NCBI RefSeq assembly: GCF_004010195.1
Contig: NC_057721.1
Coordinates: 8,434,475-8,486,640, forward strand
Direction: 5' to 3'
Length of the DNA: 52,166 bases
DNA from: Chiloscyllium plagiosum
Taxonomy: Eukaryota
The notes under the pieces were generated by a model that searched no databases, was not told the DNA's origin, and was given only the letters and a program-made list of their open reading frames with translations. Below are positions 27,487-40,200 of this stretch, piece by piece. The first letter of the stretch is position 1. Each line of letters begins with the position of its first letter. The translations under genes were made by a program, and so were the position numbers.

Positions 27487-28239
27487 CACCTTACGAACAT
27501 CCTGTTATAGGGGTGTACTGGAGGAGAAGGTAGCAAAATGTATATTTATATAGAAGTCTTTCATGATCAAAACACTTAGTTATGATTTTCAGAAGTGTAA
27601 TTATTGTCATAATACAGGAAATGTGGCAGCCAATTTGTGCATGAATGCCCACAAACGGGGAATATGATAATGATCAGATAATCTGTCTTTGAGAGGTTGA
27701 TTGAGGGACAATGGTGATAAATCCATCACATAAAAAGGTGTTTAGATTTGCAGGGAAATCTAGCCTCTTTTGTGCTATTATCAACAAGATTTCACCTGAG
27801 AACATCATATTAATTTGTTAAAACTAAACAGTTCTGTCGTCATTTGTTAGTATCAGCCATTTGATCAAATATCTGCCAACTACAGATGAATATCCAATGT
27901 GATAAAGAAAAGTTTTGACAAATGCATCGATATGCAACAAAAACTCAATCAGCTGTAGAAAAGCACCAACTCTGGTCACTCCAAGTAGATGCATTCAGGT
28001 GAGAGGTTTACAACATTCTAGCTTTCCAGGTATTAAACTCAACATTTCTAATGTTATAGGAAAACACCAAAAGGAAAACACATTGCATTTTCACAGCATC
28101 TTTCATAACTTCAGAATCACTCGAAGCACTCGACAGTCAAAGATCTAATAAGTGAAACACAGTCTATTTCTGTACAGTTTGTTTCAAAAACAGTAATGCA
28201 GAATGATCACAATCAGTTTTAGCAACATTCATTAATAAA

Positions 28240-29181
28240 TACAGAACAACCTCAATAATCTGAACGAGATGGGCGGAAGCCTTTTGTTCGGATAACTGAT
28301 CTGATTGTAAAGAAAGGAAGCCATACTGAACATAAAATGTAAAATAAAACATGTTTACAGAGTTTTTATTCATTCAATCGATAAAATGTGTACAAACACT
28401 GGATATTGCTTAAATATTCATGATATTTTACAAATAAAATCACTTTTTTCTGTAAATAAAATTCATTGAGGTGGAGGCCAAATCCTCAAATATTCCTTAA
28501 ACACTACATATTTCTGGAAGAGATTAGAGGATCAAACACTGCTCTACCAGAGAGGTTGTTTAAATCTATCATTTTGATGAGTCTGCTATTTAAACAAACT
28601 ATTCTTTGCGTTCTGCAAATTGCAGGTTTTAAATGTTTTGTTCAGAATTATCTTAACAGCAGGAAGTAATACTAGAGCAATATTCCAGGTTGCGAGGAGC
28701 AAATTGCACAAGTCCGGTTAAACTGAGAAGGACTAAATCCTCACCATCACAAAAATATGGAAATCACAGCATTCAACAAGGTTCCAAACAGCTTCTAAAA
28801 TCACAAGAGCATTTGTCAGTTTCATCTGAACTCAGTGTCGTGATAGAAAGACAGAAGCACTGCCTCTCTCATGCATTTGCTTTCTCTGCCATTTTCTTCA
28901 TAAACGACCCATTACTTTTACAAAGGGCAGTGTAACTAACACTTACATTAAAAATACCCAGTCGCTGTTGCTTGAGGTGCTTGTGTTTCCTTGTTTTTGA
29001 CAGCATTTTCACATGTTCTTCAGGACAGGTAATCATAATATACTTTTAATCATTGTAAACAAAAGACACTATCATTGCACCAGTGTTTTTATGGGACATT
29101 TTTATTATGGGAGCTTGAGATCTTGTTCGGATAATCTGAAATTCAGATCACTGATGTTCAGATAACTGAGGTTGTTCTGTA
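28240..29181. mobile_element. Tigger-like non-autonomous DNA transposon
   Basis: TIRs TACAGAACAACCTCAATAATCTGAAC / GTTCAGATAACTGAGGTTGTTCTGTA with TA ends. Confidence 0.8.
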
Positions 29182-29362
29182 CTGACCAGGAGAACTCCCC
29201 GGTACTTTGACTAGTACCACAGGAAATTTTAACTTTGGAACCAGAAGGACCTTAGTTTAACTTTGACAGAAGGCAGCACACTCTCAATACTACACTGAAG
29301 CATCAACCTGGGTTATGTGCTGCAGTCTCTGAAAGGGATTTGAGCCCAGAGCCTTCTGTTTA

Positions 29363-29647
<285 letters not shown>

Positions 29648-30746
29648 CTAGTCGTCAAGATATGCTACTCAAATCACTTACTAGAAGTGGTTATTGTGCA
29701 CCTTGTGTATCTCAAAGAAAGCTGCACAAATTCCGTTCGCAGCAAAGGTATCTATTCCTAAATTGATTAACTATTTAAATTGAGAGAAAAAAAACACTAT
29801 TGTCTGGAGGGATTGTATTCACATCTTCTATTAAAAGCAGGATTATAGATATTTCTATATGCAGTGTGCATGTCGATACACAATTTTATTTGAAACGTGA
29901 GTGTGGCAGAAGGCTGGCGAGCAGCTATTATTATTTCTAGACAGAACTGAAGCAGGAATTATAGGTTAATTAGCATCATGTCAGTGGCAAGATAGATATA
30001 AAAACCTCAGTCAAAGTAGTACTAAAAAAAAACCTAGAAACTGAATATGTAATTAGCATGAATTTTGAAAGCGATTGATATCCTCAATCAACCTTATTGA
30101 ATTATTTGCAGTAGTAGCAAATATCGTAGATAAGAGTATACATTAAGACATCAAAGAATTAGGATCAGAGAGTGACTGCTGCATAGGAGGGGTCACTTGA
30201 CTCATCAGATCTACGCTGGCTTTCCAAAGGAACAGTTTGAGACGGTCACTTTGCCATCTTCTTCCTGTAGGCTTGAATATTCTTCAGTGATGAATAATAA
30301 TCTAATTCCCTCTTGAATGCTTTATCCGAACCTGGTTCCATCACACACTCAGGCAATGCATTCCAGATCCTAATGCAACTGTTTTTACTTCTACTTATTA
30401 TGCTAGACCTCCTTCATGCTAAATATTTTAAATATATAAAATGTAAATACATTTACAGAAAGCCTCCAATAAGGTACCAAAAAGAAGATTTGTGTTTTGG
30501 TCAGAACTTGGGAATCACTGTACAAGTTACAGGTTGGACGTAGCAAGCTGGTTACAAAACAGTGTGCGAGTTGTGGGGATCAAAGATCATTATGCAGACG
30601 GAAACAGCCGGGAAATGGTGTATCACAAGAATTGGTACTAGGAACATTATCACAGAAGTGTAATGGAACAGAAGGAAGCATTCATGCTTGCACCAATTTG
30701 TTAAATAAGCATCATTACCTAGTGCCAATCTCTTACTTCCTTCCCA

Positions 30747-30942
30747 AAATGCAGAGGTGCCAGTGTTGAACTGGGGTAGACAAAGTCAGAAGTCACATGA
30801 CACCAGGTCATAGTCCAACAGGTTTATTTGAAATCACAAGCTTTCAGAGTGCTCCTCCATCATCAGCAGCAGCACTCCGAAAGCTAGTGATTTCAAATAA
30901 ACCTGTTGGACTATAACCTGGTGTCGTGTGACTTCTGACTTT
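30747..30942. mobile_element. Palindromic Penelope-derived mini-element, third family (related piece at about 5300-5550)
   Basis: ~65-bp inverted arms; minus-strand CTGATGA...GAAAGCTT at 30866-30838. Confidence 0.72.
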
Positions 30943-31609
30943 CTTCCCATTTGCCTGCATAATATCTTTATCCAAATATTCAATAACCTCCTGAATGCAG
31001 ATTATATGTCATAACTTTAGACAAATAATTTGAATTCAGGTATTAAATAGAATTTAAAACTTTTAAAATTAATACATTTTGGGGCAGTGTGAGTTAGTAC
31101 AGATGAATAATTATAGGAAGAATGCAACGAAATGCAAGAACATTAATACAATTGTCGAATGGATGTGTAATTTTATATAAGTTTCAATATAAAGGTCTGA
31201 GACAACACATCATGGTAGGAAGGATAAGGAGACCACACACTTATTGGAAAATAAACATTAAATTTTGAAGAGGAATAGGGAGATTTGGAGTACAGACATA
31301 AAATTCATTAAAACTGGTCACACATGTTAATGACCAAATTACTTGTGCTCATTTCTAGAGGAATTGAACTGAAAGACAGACAAATTATATTAACTTTGTA
31401 CAGACCCTTGATCAGACCACAGAGTTTGTGAACTGTTCTAGTCTCCATATTGTGAAAAGGTGATAGACACATTGAAGAAGATTCAAAAAAGGATTTACGA
31501 GAATGATACTAGAATGTAGAGGTTACAACTTTCAGGAAATATTAAACAAGCCTTTCTCTAAAAGAAATGACCTGGTAGGGTTTATTAAGGTTATGAAAGG
31601 TTTGACATG

Positions 31610-32032
31610 TGTCACAAAGCTAGTCCCTTTTTTTTTTAAAAAAAAACGGTTCCTTGGCTCAAGGATACTCGGTCCTTGATTATTTTCAAAGCGGTAATAA
31701 ACCAGGCCAGGTTCTCATCAGTCTGGTCTGGTACAGGGATGAAAAGGATTTTGAGAGGCCTTTTGTTCATATGTAAACAGATGAGACTTCAGGCCAAAGT
31801 GGTCATGTTTTAGAAGTGACCTGTATGAAGGGAGTGGTCAGCTCTCTAGCTGCGCTGAGCAGCTTAATTCAGCCTTGAACTGGTAAGAAGTTCAATAGTG
31901 AGCTGTGTGGAAACTCTTTGTCTCTCTCTTTTCTGCCCTTCAACTTCAACCTGTAAGCATGAATTCCATTTATACTGGTTTTTAAAGGGAGTTTGCTTAT
32001 TGGGACTGTTGTGTATATTCGGAACAGTTGTT
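31610..32032. mobile_element. Possible truncated LTR fragment
   Basis: Begins TG, interrupts a CR1, LTR-like composition, ends abruptly. Confidence 0.35.
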
Positions 32033-32344
32033 GGATTCCCTCCAACAACTTGCCCACCACCGATGTCAGGCTCAATGATACAGGTCTCTGTACTGCACTG
32101 GCTATTTCCTGGAATACACACCAAGACAAATAACAACCGCGTAGAGGACCATCTATGCAGTGAAACACACTTTTTGTTCTGCTCAACCTCTCCTCTGCTT
32201 CCACCACTCTGACAGGCAGTACATTACAAATCCTAACAACTCTCTGATTAAAGAAGTTTTTCCTCAGCTGACTCCTAGCTCTCTTGCAGACTATTTTGAA
32301 ATTGTGATCCTTTGTTACTGGCATACCATCGAGTAGATTCAGAG

Positions 32345-33240
32345 TATTGAACTGAATTGAATTTATTGTCACGTGTACCTAGACACAGTGAAAAGCTTTG
32401 TCTTGTGAGCAATACAGGCAGATCACAGAGTTAAGTAGCATAGATAAATAACTAATATGTAAACAGCGGCAAAAACAAAAACACAGGTATAGGCGAATGT
32501 TAAGAGTGTGTGAGTCCATTCAGTGTTCTAACAACAGTCGGGTGGAAACAGTTTTGAAATCAGCTAGTGTGTGTGTGTGTGTGTGTGTGTTCAGGATTCT
32601 GTACCTTCTCCCCAATGGTAGAGATTGTAGAAAAACATTGCCAGGGTGGGGTGGATCTTTGAGAATGTTGCCAGCCTTTCCTTGACAGCGGGCCTGGTAG
32701 ATGGATTCTACAGATGGGAGATTGGCCTTGTGATTGTCCGGACCGAGTTCACCACTCTCTATAACCGTCCTTGAATGGTACAGTTGCCATACCAGGTAAT
32801 GATATATCCAGACAGAATGCTCTCGATGGCGTACCTATAGTTGGCAAGGGTTGGCAAGAGTATTTGCTGTCATGCCAAGTTTCCTCAGCTGCCTGAGGAA
32901 GAAGAGACGTTGTTGGGCCTTTGTAATCAATGCATCAACATGAAGAATCCAAGAAAGCTTGTTGTGGATGACCGCTCCCAGGAGCTTGACACTCTCCACT
33001 TATTCCACCTCTGTGCTGTTAATGTGTAGGGGGGGCGGCATGAGTAACATCCGACGAAAGTCAATAATGAGTTCCTTGGTTTTGCTGGCATTGAGAGCTA
33101 GGTTGTTCTCCGTGCACCATTTTTCCAGGTCTTCACCCTCCCATCTGTAGTCTGTTTCATCGCCATCTGAGATTTGACTGACTACAGTGGTGTCATCAGT
33201 GAACCTGTAAATGGCATTATTCTGGTATTTGGCAACGCAA
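32345..33240 (-). mobile_element. Rex1/Babar-like LINE 3' fragment
   Basis: DDTTVV, KTKELIIDFR, KAQQRLFFLRQL motifs; (GT)n inside; AATTC tail. Confidence 0.75.
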
Positions 33241-34790
33241 TAATATCCTTCCTTACCCTATCAAAATTGTTCATAATTTTGAACAATAATATTAATCTTC
33301 TCTACTCCATGGCGAATAAGCCTAATCTCTCTAATCTTTCCACGTATTTAAAATCCTTCATTCCTGTCTCATTCTAGTAAACTGCCCTTTAATTCTCTCT
33401 CGGGCTTTAACATCCTTCCTTAAATAAAGTGCCTAGAACTGAATACGATACTCCAAATGTGGTCTGACCAATGATTTTAGGAGATGAAGCATCATTTCCT
33501 TGCTTTTATACTCTTATTTATAAACTCAAGGATCTTAGAAGCTTTCTTAACAATTGTTTCAATGTGTCTAGCCACCTTCATGTGAACCTTGAGGTCTCTC
33601 TGCTCCTGTACTCCCCTCAAAGTTGTACCATTAAGCCTATATTGCCTCTCCATGTTTCTTCCATCAAAATGTATCACCTCACATTTCTCTCCATTGAAAC
33701 TGAACTACCAGGTGCCTGTCCATTTGGTCAACTTTCAATGTCCCTCTAAAGTCGCTCAGCATCATCCTCACAATTCACTATTCTCCCTAGTTTAGTATCA
33801 TCTGCAAATGTAGAGATTCTGCTCTCTACACCCATCTCCAAATCATTTATATAAATCAGAAAATGCAAGAGTCCCAACACCCATACCTGGGGAACATCAC
33901 TTTCAACTCATCTCCAAAATGAGAAATGCCCATTTATTCCTATTGTTTCTTATCTTTTCAGCCAACTTCTAATCCATTCCACGATGATCTATCAATCCCA
34001 GACATTTGTAATTTGCTAACCAATCTGACATGGGGCACCATATCCAATGCCTTCTCAAAGTCCAAATATACATCATTCACAGCACTACCATCTTCCACTG
34101 CCTGTGTCACTTCGTCAAAGAACTCAATTAAATTTGTCAGAAATGACCTGCCCTTGACAAAGCCATGTTGAATGTCTCATATTAAATTACTTTTTCCTAA
34201 GTGTACATTTACTTTATCTCATATTATGGCCGCCATCAGGTTTCCTAGTATTGATATCAAGCTGACAGGTTTGTAGTTTCCTGGGTTATTATACTGTTAA
34301 ACAACAGTGTCACATTTGCAATCCACCAGTCCCCTAGAACTAATCCTGTGTTCAGGCAGGCCTGGAAGTTTTCTGTCAACTGCTCCGTAATTTCTCCCCT
34401 AACTCCCTCAGCAGTCGAGGATGCATCCCGTCCAGGCCTGGGAATTTCCCTACCTGGAGTGCTGCCAGCCTTTGTGCATCTCTTCTTTATCTATCAATAT
34501 ACTGTTCAGTTGCTCAACATCTGTGTTTTCAACTAGGCCACTGTCACCATCTTCTAACTTGGTATAGAGAGAAGCAAAATATTCATTTAGGGCCTCTGCC
34601 ATATCTTTTGCTTCAGTGAGCAGATTACCATTCTTGTTCCTTACGGGCCCCACTCTATCTTTTACTCTTAATATATTTTAAGAATATTTTACTATTTGTT
34701 GTGGCACAGCCTGCCATTCTTTCCTCATGCTTCCTCTGAAGTTTCCTTACTCCAGCCTTAGCATCTTCCTGCGATACTCTTTCTAATTTC
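33240..34790 (-). mobile_element. Decayed CR1 LINE
   Basis: QHGFVKGRS, DFEKA.D.VPH, FADDTK, EYRIQF motifs. Confidence 0.8.
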
Positions 34791-34814
34791 TATTGCTATT
34801 ATTATTCTGGTATG

Positions 34815-35220
34815 CCATGGTTGTGGGTATTTTCACCAAGCTGGGAAGTTGATTTGCAGACATTTTGTCCCTGTTTAGGTGACATCTTCAGTGCTTTGGA
34901 GCCTCCTACGAAGCCCTGCTGTACTCTCTCTTCTGGAATTTATTTGGTTCAGTTCCTGCTGCTTCTGGTTGCTTGTTGTCATTACTGGTATATTGGGTCT
35001 ACACATTGGTTGATGTAGTCCGTGGATGAGTACCATGCCTCTAGGAAGTCTCTGGCTGTCCTCTGATTGTTGTGTTGTCCCAATCGAATTTGTGGTCCTT
35101 GTCATGTGTGTGGGGTTACTTGAGACAGCTGATCATGGCGTTTAGTGGCTGGTTGGTGTTAGTGGATGCAGATTGCTAATTGTCTGCCCGTTTGTCCTTA
35201 CAGTGTTTCGTGCACTTAAC
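34815..35220 (-). mobile_element. Penelope-like 3' fragment
   Basis: RDFLEAW endonuclease C-terminal motif; degenerate CTGAAGA...AAAATGTC hammerhead-like core. Confidence 0.6.
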
Positions 35221-36699
35221 CCCTAGGGTGGATTTGAAAGATCCAATGGCAGTATTTCAAAGACAACAAGGAGCCCCACTCTCCTGTCCAATATTTATCC
35301 CTCAATTTGTTTTCTTTTGATGTTAATTGTCTGGTCATAACACATTGTTTTGTGGAAATTCACTGCTCGATTTCCGACATTACAACAGTGACGACACTTC
35401 AAAAGTACTTAATTGATCATAATATACTTTATGTTGGGTGATTGTGAAAAATGCTACCATAAATGGGTGTCTTCTTTCTGTGACTGTAACAGAAAGACAA
35501 AGCCATCATTTAAATGTCCCAACCAAAAGTGCAACATTCTCTCAGTTGTCAGCCTAGACTGTGCTCTACTCCTCAAGTTATGGCTGTGCTCCTAAAGAGA
35601 GAAACAGCTGCACCCAACTGACCTTTCAGTATTACAGACTGAGGGTTCAAGGATCAAGTGCACCATGAGTGACATTTACTAACTTGCATATATAAACATA
35701 TTACTTCTAATACTGAACATGGGTAGTCGAATAAAAACAAAATAAAAATGGCAACTCTAGAAATGATTACCAGCAGTTCTTAAACTAGCCACCATTAGTG
35801 TCACATGATTACTTTGTGACAGTACAACATATGTCACATTTCATTTATGTTAACTGACAAGGGCAACATTTCTAGATTTGTAATGCTGCCAAATATGTTG
35901 TTTACTGTTATACATACGGAAAACAGCCTGCAACAAAGTAACAGGAATTGCATGGTTATTTTCTGAACTCAGTACAGGATTGACTCCGTAATCAGAGGGG
36001 TTAAAATCAACTAGGTAAAAACAATGACTGCAGATGCTGGAAACCAGATTTTGGATTAGTGGTGGTGGAAGAGCACAGCAGTTCAGGCAGCATCCGAGGA
36101 GCGGCAAAATCGATGTTCCGGGCAAAAGCCTATATTGCCTTCATGTGAATAGGTGAAAAAGGAGATAGGCAGGTAGGACAAGTCATGGGGACAGTGCTGA
36201 GCTGGAAGTTTGGATATAAGGTGAGGTGGGGAAAGGGGAAATGAGTCCTTTTCTCACTGGAGGTTGACATCCAGTTCAATGAGGTCATCTAACAGTCCCA
36301 TTTCCGTGTCTATCGCGATTTGATATGGTGCAAGCTTATTTGCCCGGACAGCCAGCAAATTTCCTTTTGAGAAGACCGCCCCGATTGATGATCAGATTTG
36401 TGCAACTCTGCTTCCACCACCACCACCACCGTAATGTTCCAGATCGACAGAACTCAGAGTTCTTTCTCACATTCCTGCACCTTTTGCTCAAAGCCTACGC
36501 ATCTATTTAGAAACTACCAGGCCACTGTCGTTCACATCCTTCAGTCAGGAACCCACAGAAAACAGCTGACATTTAAGTTAAAATGGGAAGTAGATTCCTT
36601 TGGCTGAGCAGCGTGAGTTGTGTTGATCTGCCTCTGCACCATGGGCCCGGCCTGACAAGCAGGTTGTAGCTGAAAAACCGCACAAACGTAAATCCAGGT

Positions 36700-37170
36700 A
36701 TACAGCCTTACGATCATCGTAAAGTTATTTTTAACTTCCGTCCCCGGTCCGTCGAGCGGCCGCACGACGCCAGGAACCCCAGGAGATCACGTGCCACAAT
36801 GGAGGCGGGGCCCCACGGGAGACACGTTTCCCCATTGGCCGCTGAGGGTCACGTGCAGTCTGGAGGCGGGGTCTCCTTGGGAATCACGTGCCACCTATTA
36901 GAGGCGTGGCTCGATTGCGTCACGTGCCGCATTGGCCGGGGCTCGTTTCGCTGAGGGTCACGTGTAGTATTGGAGGCGGGGCACCGTTTGGAGTGATGTT
37001 TAGCATTGGAGGTAGGGCTCCGCGGGAGTCACGTCCCGCTCAGGATCACGTGTCGCATTGGAGGCTGGGCTCTGAGGATCACGTGGGGTTTCATGACGGG
37101 ACTGCTGCCAGGGAAACGTGTCAACCAAGAACCGGTCCCTTGAGTCACGTGGTATTTCGGCCGGTTGGTA
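36700..37170 (-). promoter_or_regulatory. CpG-rich probable RCBTB1 promoter with repeated E-box/CCAAT/GC-box units and an ETS-like CGGAAGT
   Basis: Only CpG-dense segment upstream of the RCBTB1 exons; eight TCACGTG, several ATTGG and GGCGGG; ACTTCCG at about 36734-36740. Confidence 0.7.
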
Positions 37171-37684
37171 TAATTCTGTCCCCAGGCTGTCAGTGCAGAT
37201 CACAGATCACATCAATCGATCCTGTGTGCGATATTCTCCCTACCAGTTACCCACAGTTGGAGCAATGGACTGGAAATTCAAGTTGGATCAGTGAGAATGA
37301 ATAGTTTTCCGCTCAGTGGAGCTGCTCCCTTTGACAAGACATCCCTCTCAGTGATGAATTATTCCTGGTTGAATATTGAGTAGGAGAGCTCTTTGTTACA
37401 TAGGGTCAAGAGACCTTCCCCAACACCAGAAGGTCTAGGTATGATGTATAAATAGAAGGCAGCACTCGCTCAACACTGCATTGGTGTGAAAATTTTGATT
37501 TCATAATCGATTCAAGAAAGATTACAATATTATACAAAATAAATGAAGAATTTATCGAGTGGAAAGAATGCAGTCTACAGAAATACTATAGAATTATTTT
37601 TTTTCAGGAAAGCCTTTGTAAAGAAGATCTGGAAAAATATTCAGTGGTTTTTGTGAGGTTCGTCCCGAGCAGCTCCATAGGGTC

Positions 37685-38340
37685 ATAGTGTCTCACTGCA
37701 ACCCCCAGGTCATCTCCTCTGCCCTGAAGCTCTTCAGCCATGTCCGAAGTGTCAATCTTCCTTCCCACCTATCTGCTCCACCCTCCTCTCGGACCTATCA
37801 CCTTCATCCCCACCCCCATCCACCTATTTTACTCTTTGCTACCTTCTCCTCAGCCCCACCCCCTTCCCATTTATCTCTCTATCCCAGAGGCTCCCTGCCT
37901 TCATTCCTGATGAAGGACTTTTGCACGAAACGTCAATATTCCTGCTTCCCGGATGCTGCCAGACCTGCTATGCTTTTCCAGCACCACTCTAATCTAGACT
38001 CTGATTTCGAGCATCTGCAGTCCTCAATTCTGCCTAGTTGATTTTAACCTTACTGCAAATCCTCTTGCAAGGATGCCTACCTTGAATAAGTTCTCCTCCT
38101 CTCTGCAAAGATCTCAGTGAGTCTCTGTCTCACTGCTACCACCAGGTCATCTCCTCTGCCCTGAAGCTCTTCAACCATGTCCAACCTGTCAATTTTCCTT
38201 CCCACCTATCCGCTCCACCGTCCTCTCCGACCTATCACCTTCATCCCCACCCCCATCCACCTATTGTGACTGAAATGTCGATTTTCCTTCTCCTTGGATG
38301 CTGCCTGACCTGCTGTGCTTTTCCAGCACCACTCTAATCT
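37685..38340 (+). mobile_element. Partial tandem Penelope pseudo-LTRs
   Basis: 37688-37830 repeated at about 38125-38265; CTGATGA..GAAACGTC at 37907-37934. Confidence 0.75.
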
Positions 38341-39738
38341 AGAGTCATAGAGCATGGAAACAGACCCTTTGGTCCAACTCATCCATACCGAACAGATATC
38401 CCAACCCAATCTAGTCCCACCTGCAAGCACCTGGCCCATATCCCTCCAAACTCTTCCTATTCATATACCCATCCAGATGCCTTTTTAGATTAGATTAGAT
38501 TAGATTACATTAGTGTGGAAACAGGCCCTTCGGCCCAACAAGTCCACACCGACCCGCAACCCACCCATACCCCTACATTTACCCCTTACCTAACACTACG
38601 GACAATTTAGCATGGCCAATTCACCTGACCTGCACATCTTTGGACTGTGGGAGGAAACCGGAGCACCCGGAGGAAACCCACGCCGACACGGGGAGAACAT
38701 GCAAACTCCACACAGTCAGTCGCCTGAGGTGGGAATTTAACCCGGGTCTCTGGCGCTGTGAGGCAGCAGTGCTAACCCCTCAGCCTCCGATGCTCCAGGG
38801 AAAACAGCCCTAGCCTATTCAACCTCTCCCTATAGCTCAAATCCTCCACCCTGGCAACATCCTTGTAAATCTTTTCTGAACCCTTTCAAGTTTCACAATA
38901 TCTTTCTGATAGGAAGGAGACCAGAATTGCACGCAATATTCCAACAGTGGCCTAACCAATGCCCTGTCCAGCCACAACATGACCTCCTGTACTCAATACT
39001 CTGACCAAATGCCTTCTTCACTGTCCTATCTACTTGCGACTCCACTTTCAAGGAGCTACAAACCTGTACTCCAAGGTCTCTTTGTTCAGCAACACACCCC
39101 AGGACCTTACTATTAAATGTATAAGTCCTGCTGAGATTTGCTTTCCCAAAATGCAGGACCTCACATTTATCTAAATTAAACTCGATCTACCACTTCTCAG
39201 TCCATTTGCCAATCTGATCAAGATCCTGTTGTAATCTGAGGTAACCTTGTTCGCTGTCCACTACACCTCCAATTTTGGTGTCATCTCCAAGCTTACTATA
39301 TACCTCTGATGCTCACATCCAAATCATTTATATAAATGGTGAAAAGTAGTGGACCCAGCACCAATCCTTGTGGCACTCCACTGGTCATAGGCCTCCAGTC
39401 TGAAAAACAATCCTCCACCACCACCTTCTGTCTTTTACCTTTTACCAAATGGCGAGTCCTCCTTGTATTCCATGAGATCTAACCTTGTTAACCATTCTCC
39501 CATGGGGAACCTTGTCAAACGCCTTACTGAAGTCTATATAGATCATGTCCACCACTCTGCCTTCATCAATCTTCTTTGTTACTTCTTCTAAAAAACTCAA
39601 TCAAGTTTGTGAGACATGATTTCCCATGCATAAAGCTGTGCTGACTATCCCTAATCAGTCCTTGCCTTTCCAAATACATGTACATCCTGTCCCTCAGGAT
39701 TCCCTCCAACAACTTGCCCACCACTGATGTCAGGCTCA
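38341..39738 (-). mobile_element. CR1 (HER1-like) LINE fragment with nested SINE
   Basis: SLTSVVGKLLEGILRD, SQHSF..GKSCLTNLIEFF motifs. Confidence 0.85.
38486..38778 (-). mobile_element. HE1/V-SINE-like SINE with (TTAGA)n tail
   Basis: Near-identical to 43027-43335. Confidence 0.85.
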
Positions 39739-40200
39739 ATGATGCAGGTCTCTGTACTGCACTGGCTATTTCCTGGAATACACACCAAGACAAATAGCAA
39801 CCGCATAGAGGACCATCTATGCAGTGAAACACACTTTTTGTTCTGCTCGAAATGTATTGGTCTTCTAGTGTAAAGAGTTGACCTTGACCAAGCTTTGCAG
39901 ACTGGCACATTTCAAGGTCCAGGACTACACACTGAGGGATGCACTAAAGCTGGGGAGAGACCACTGTTTAAAGTCTTTCTGCCAAAGTATAATGAGGATC
40001 TGTTAAGTCCTGAGACCCCCTTGTTGCATCAAAAGGAATGTTAATAGTTCCCTGAATGAGTAGAAAGTAGCAATTAAGCTCCGAAGAATGTCAGATTTTA
40101 ATGTTGTTTTTCTCTCTGCAAAGACTGTGCAGAACTGTTTCAGTACATTTTATTAAAATTAAGTAATATCTTTGATGTGGATTTGAAGTCAACAATGGAA
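39739..40200 (+). mobile_element. Tx1/L1-like LINE 3' fragment
   Basis: Decayed LFPG.HT.TN, LAHFKVQDY.LRDALK motifs. Confidence 0.55.

Noticed and set aside
36670-36711. GT...AG pair suggesting a 5'UTR intron of RCBTB1
   Set aside because: Only 42 nt, too short for a typical vertebrate intron; the donor alone may still be real
36888-37304. 138-aa ORF in the CpG island
   Set aside because: GTG start, no recognisable domain; expected by chance in GC-rich repeat
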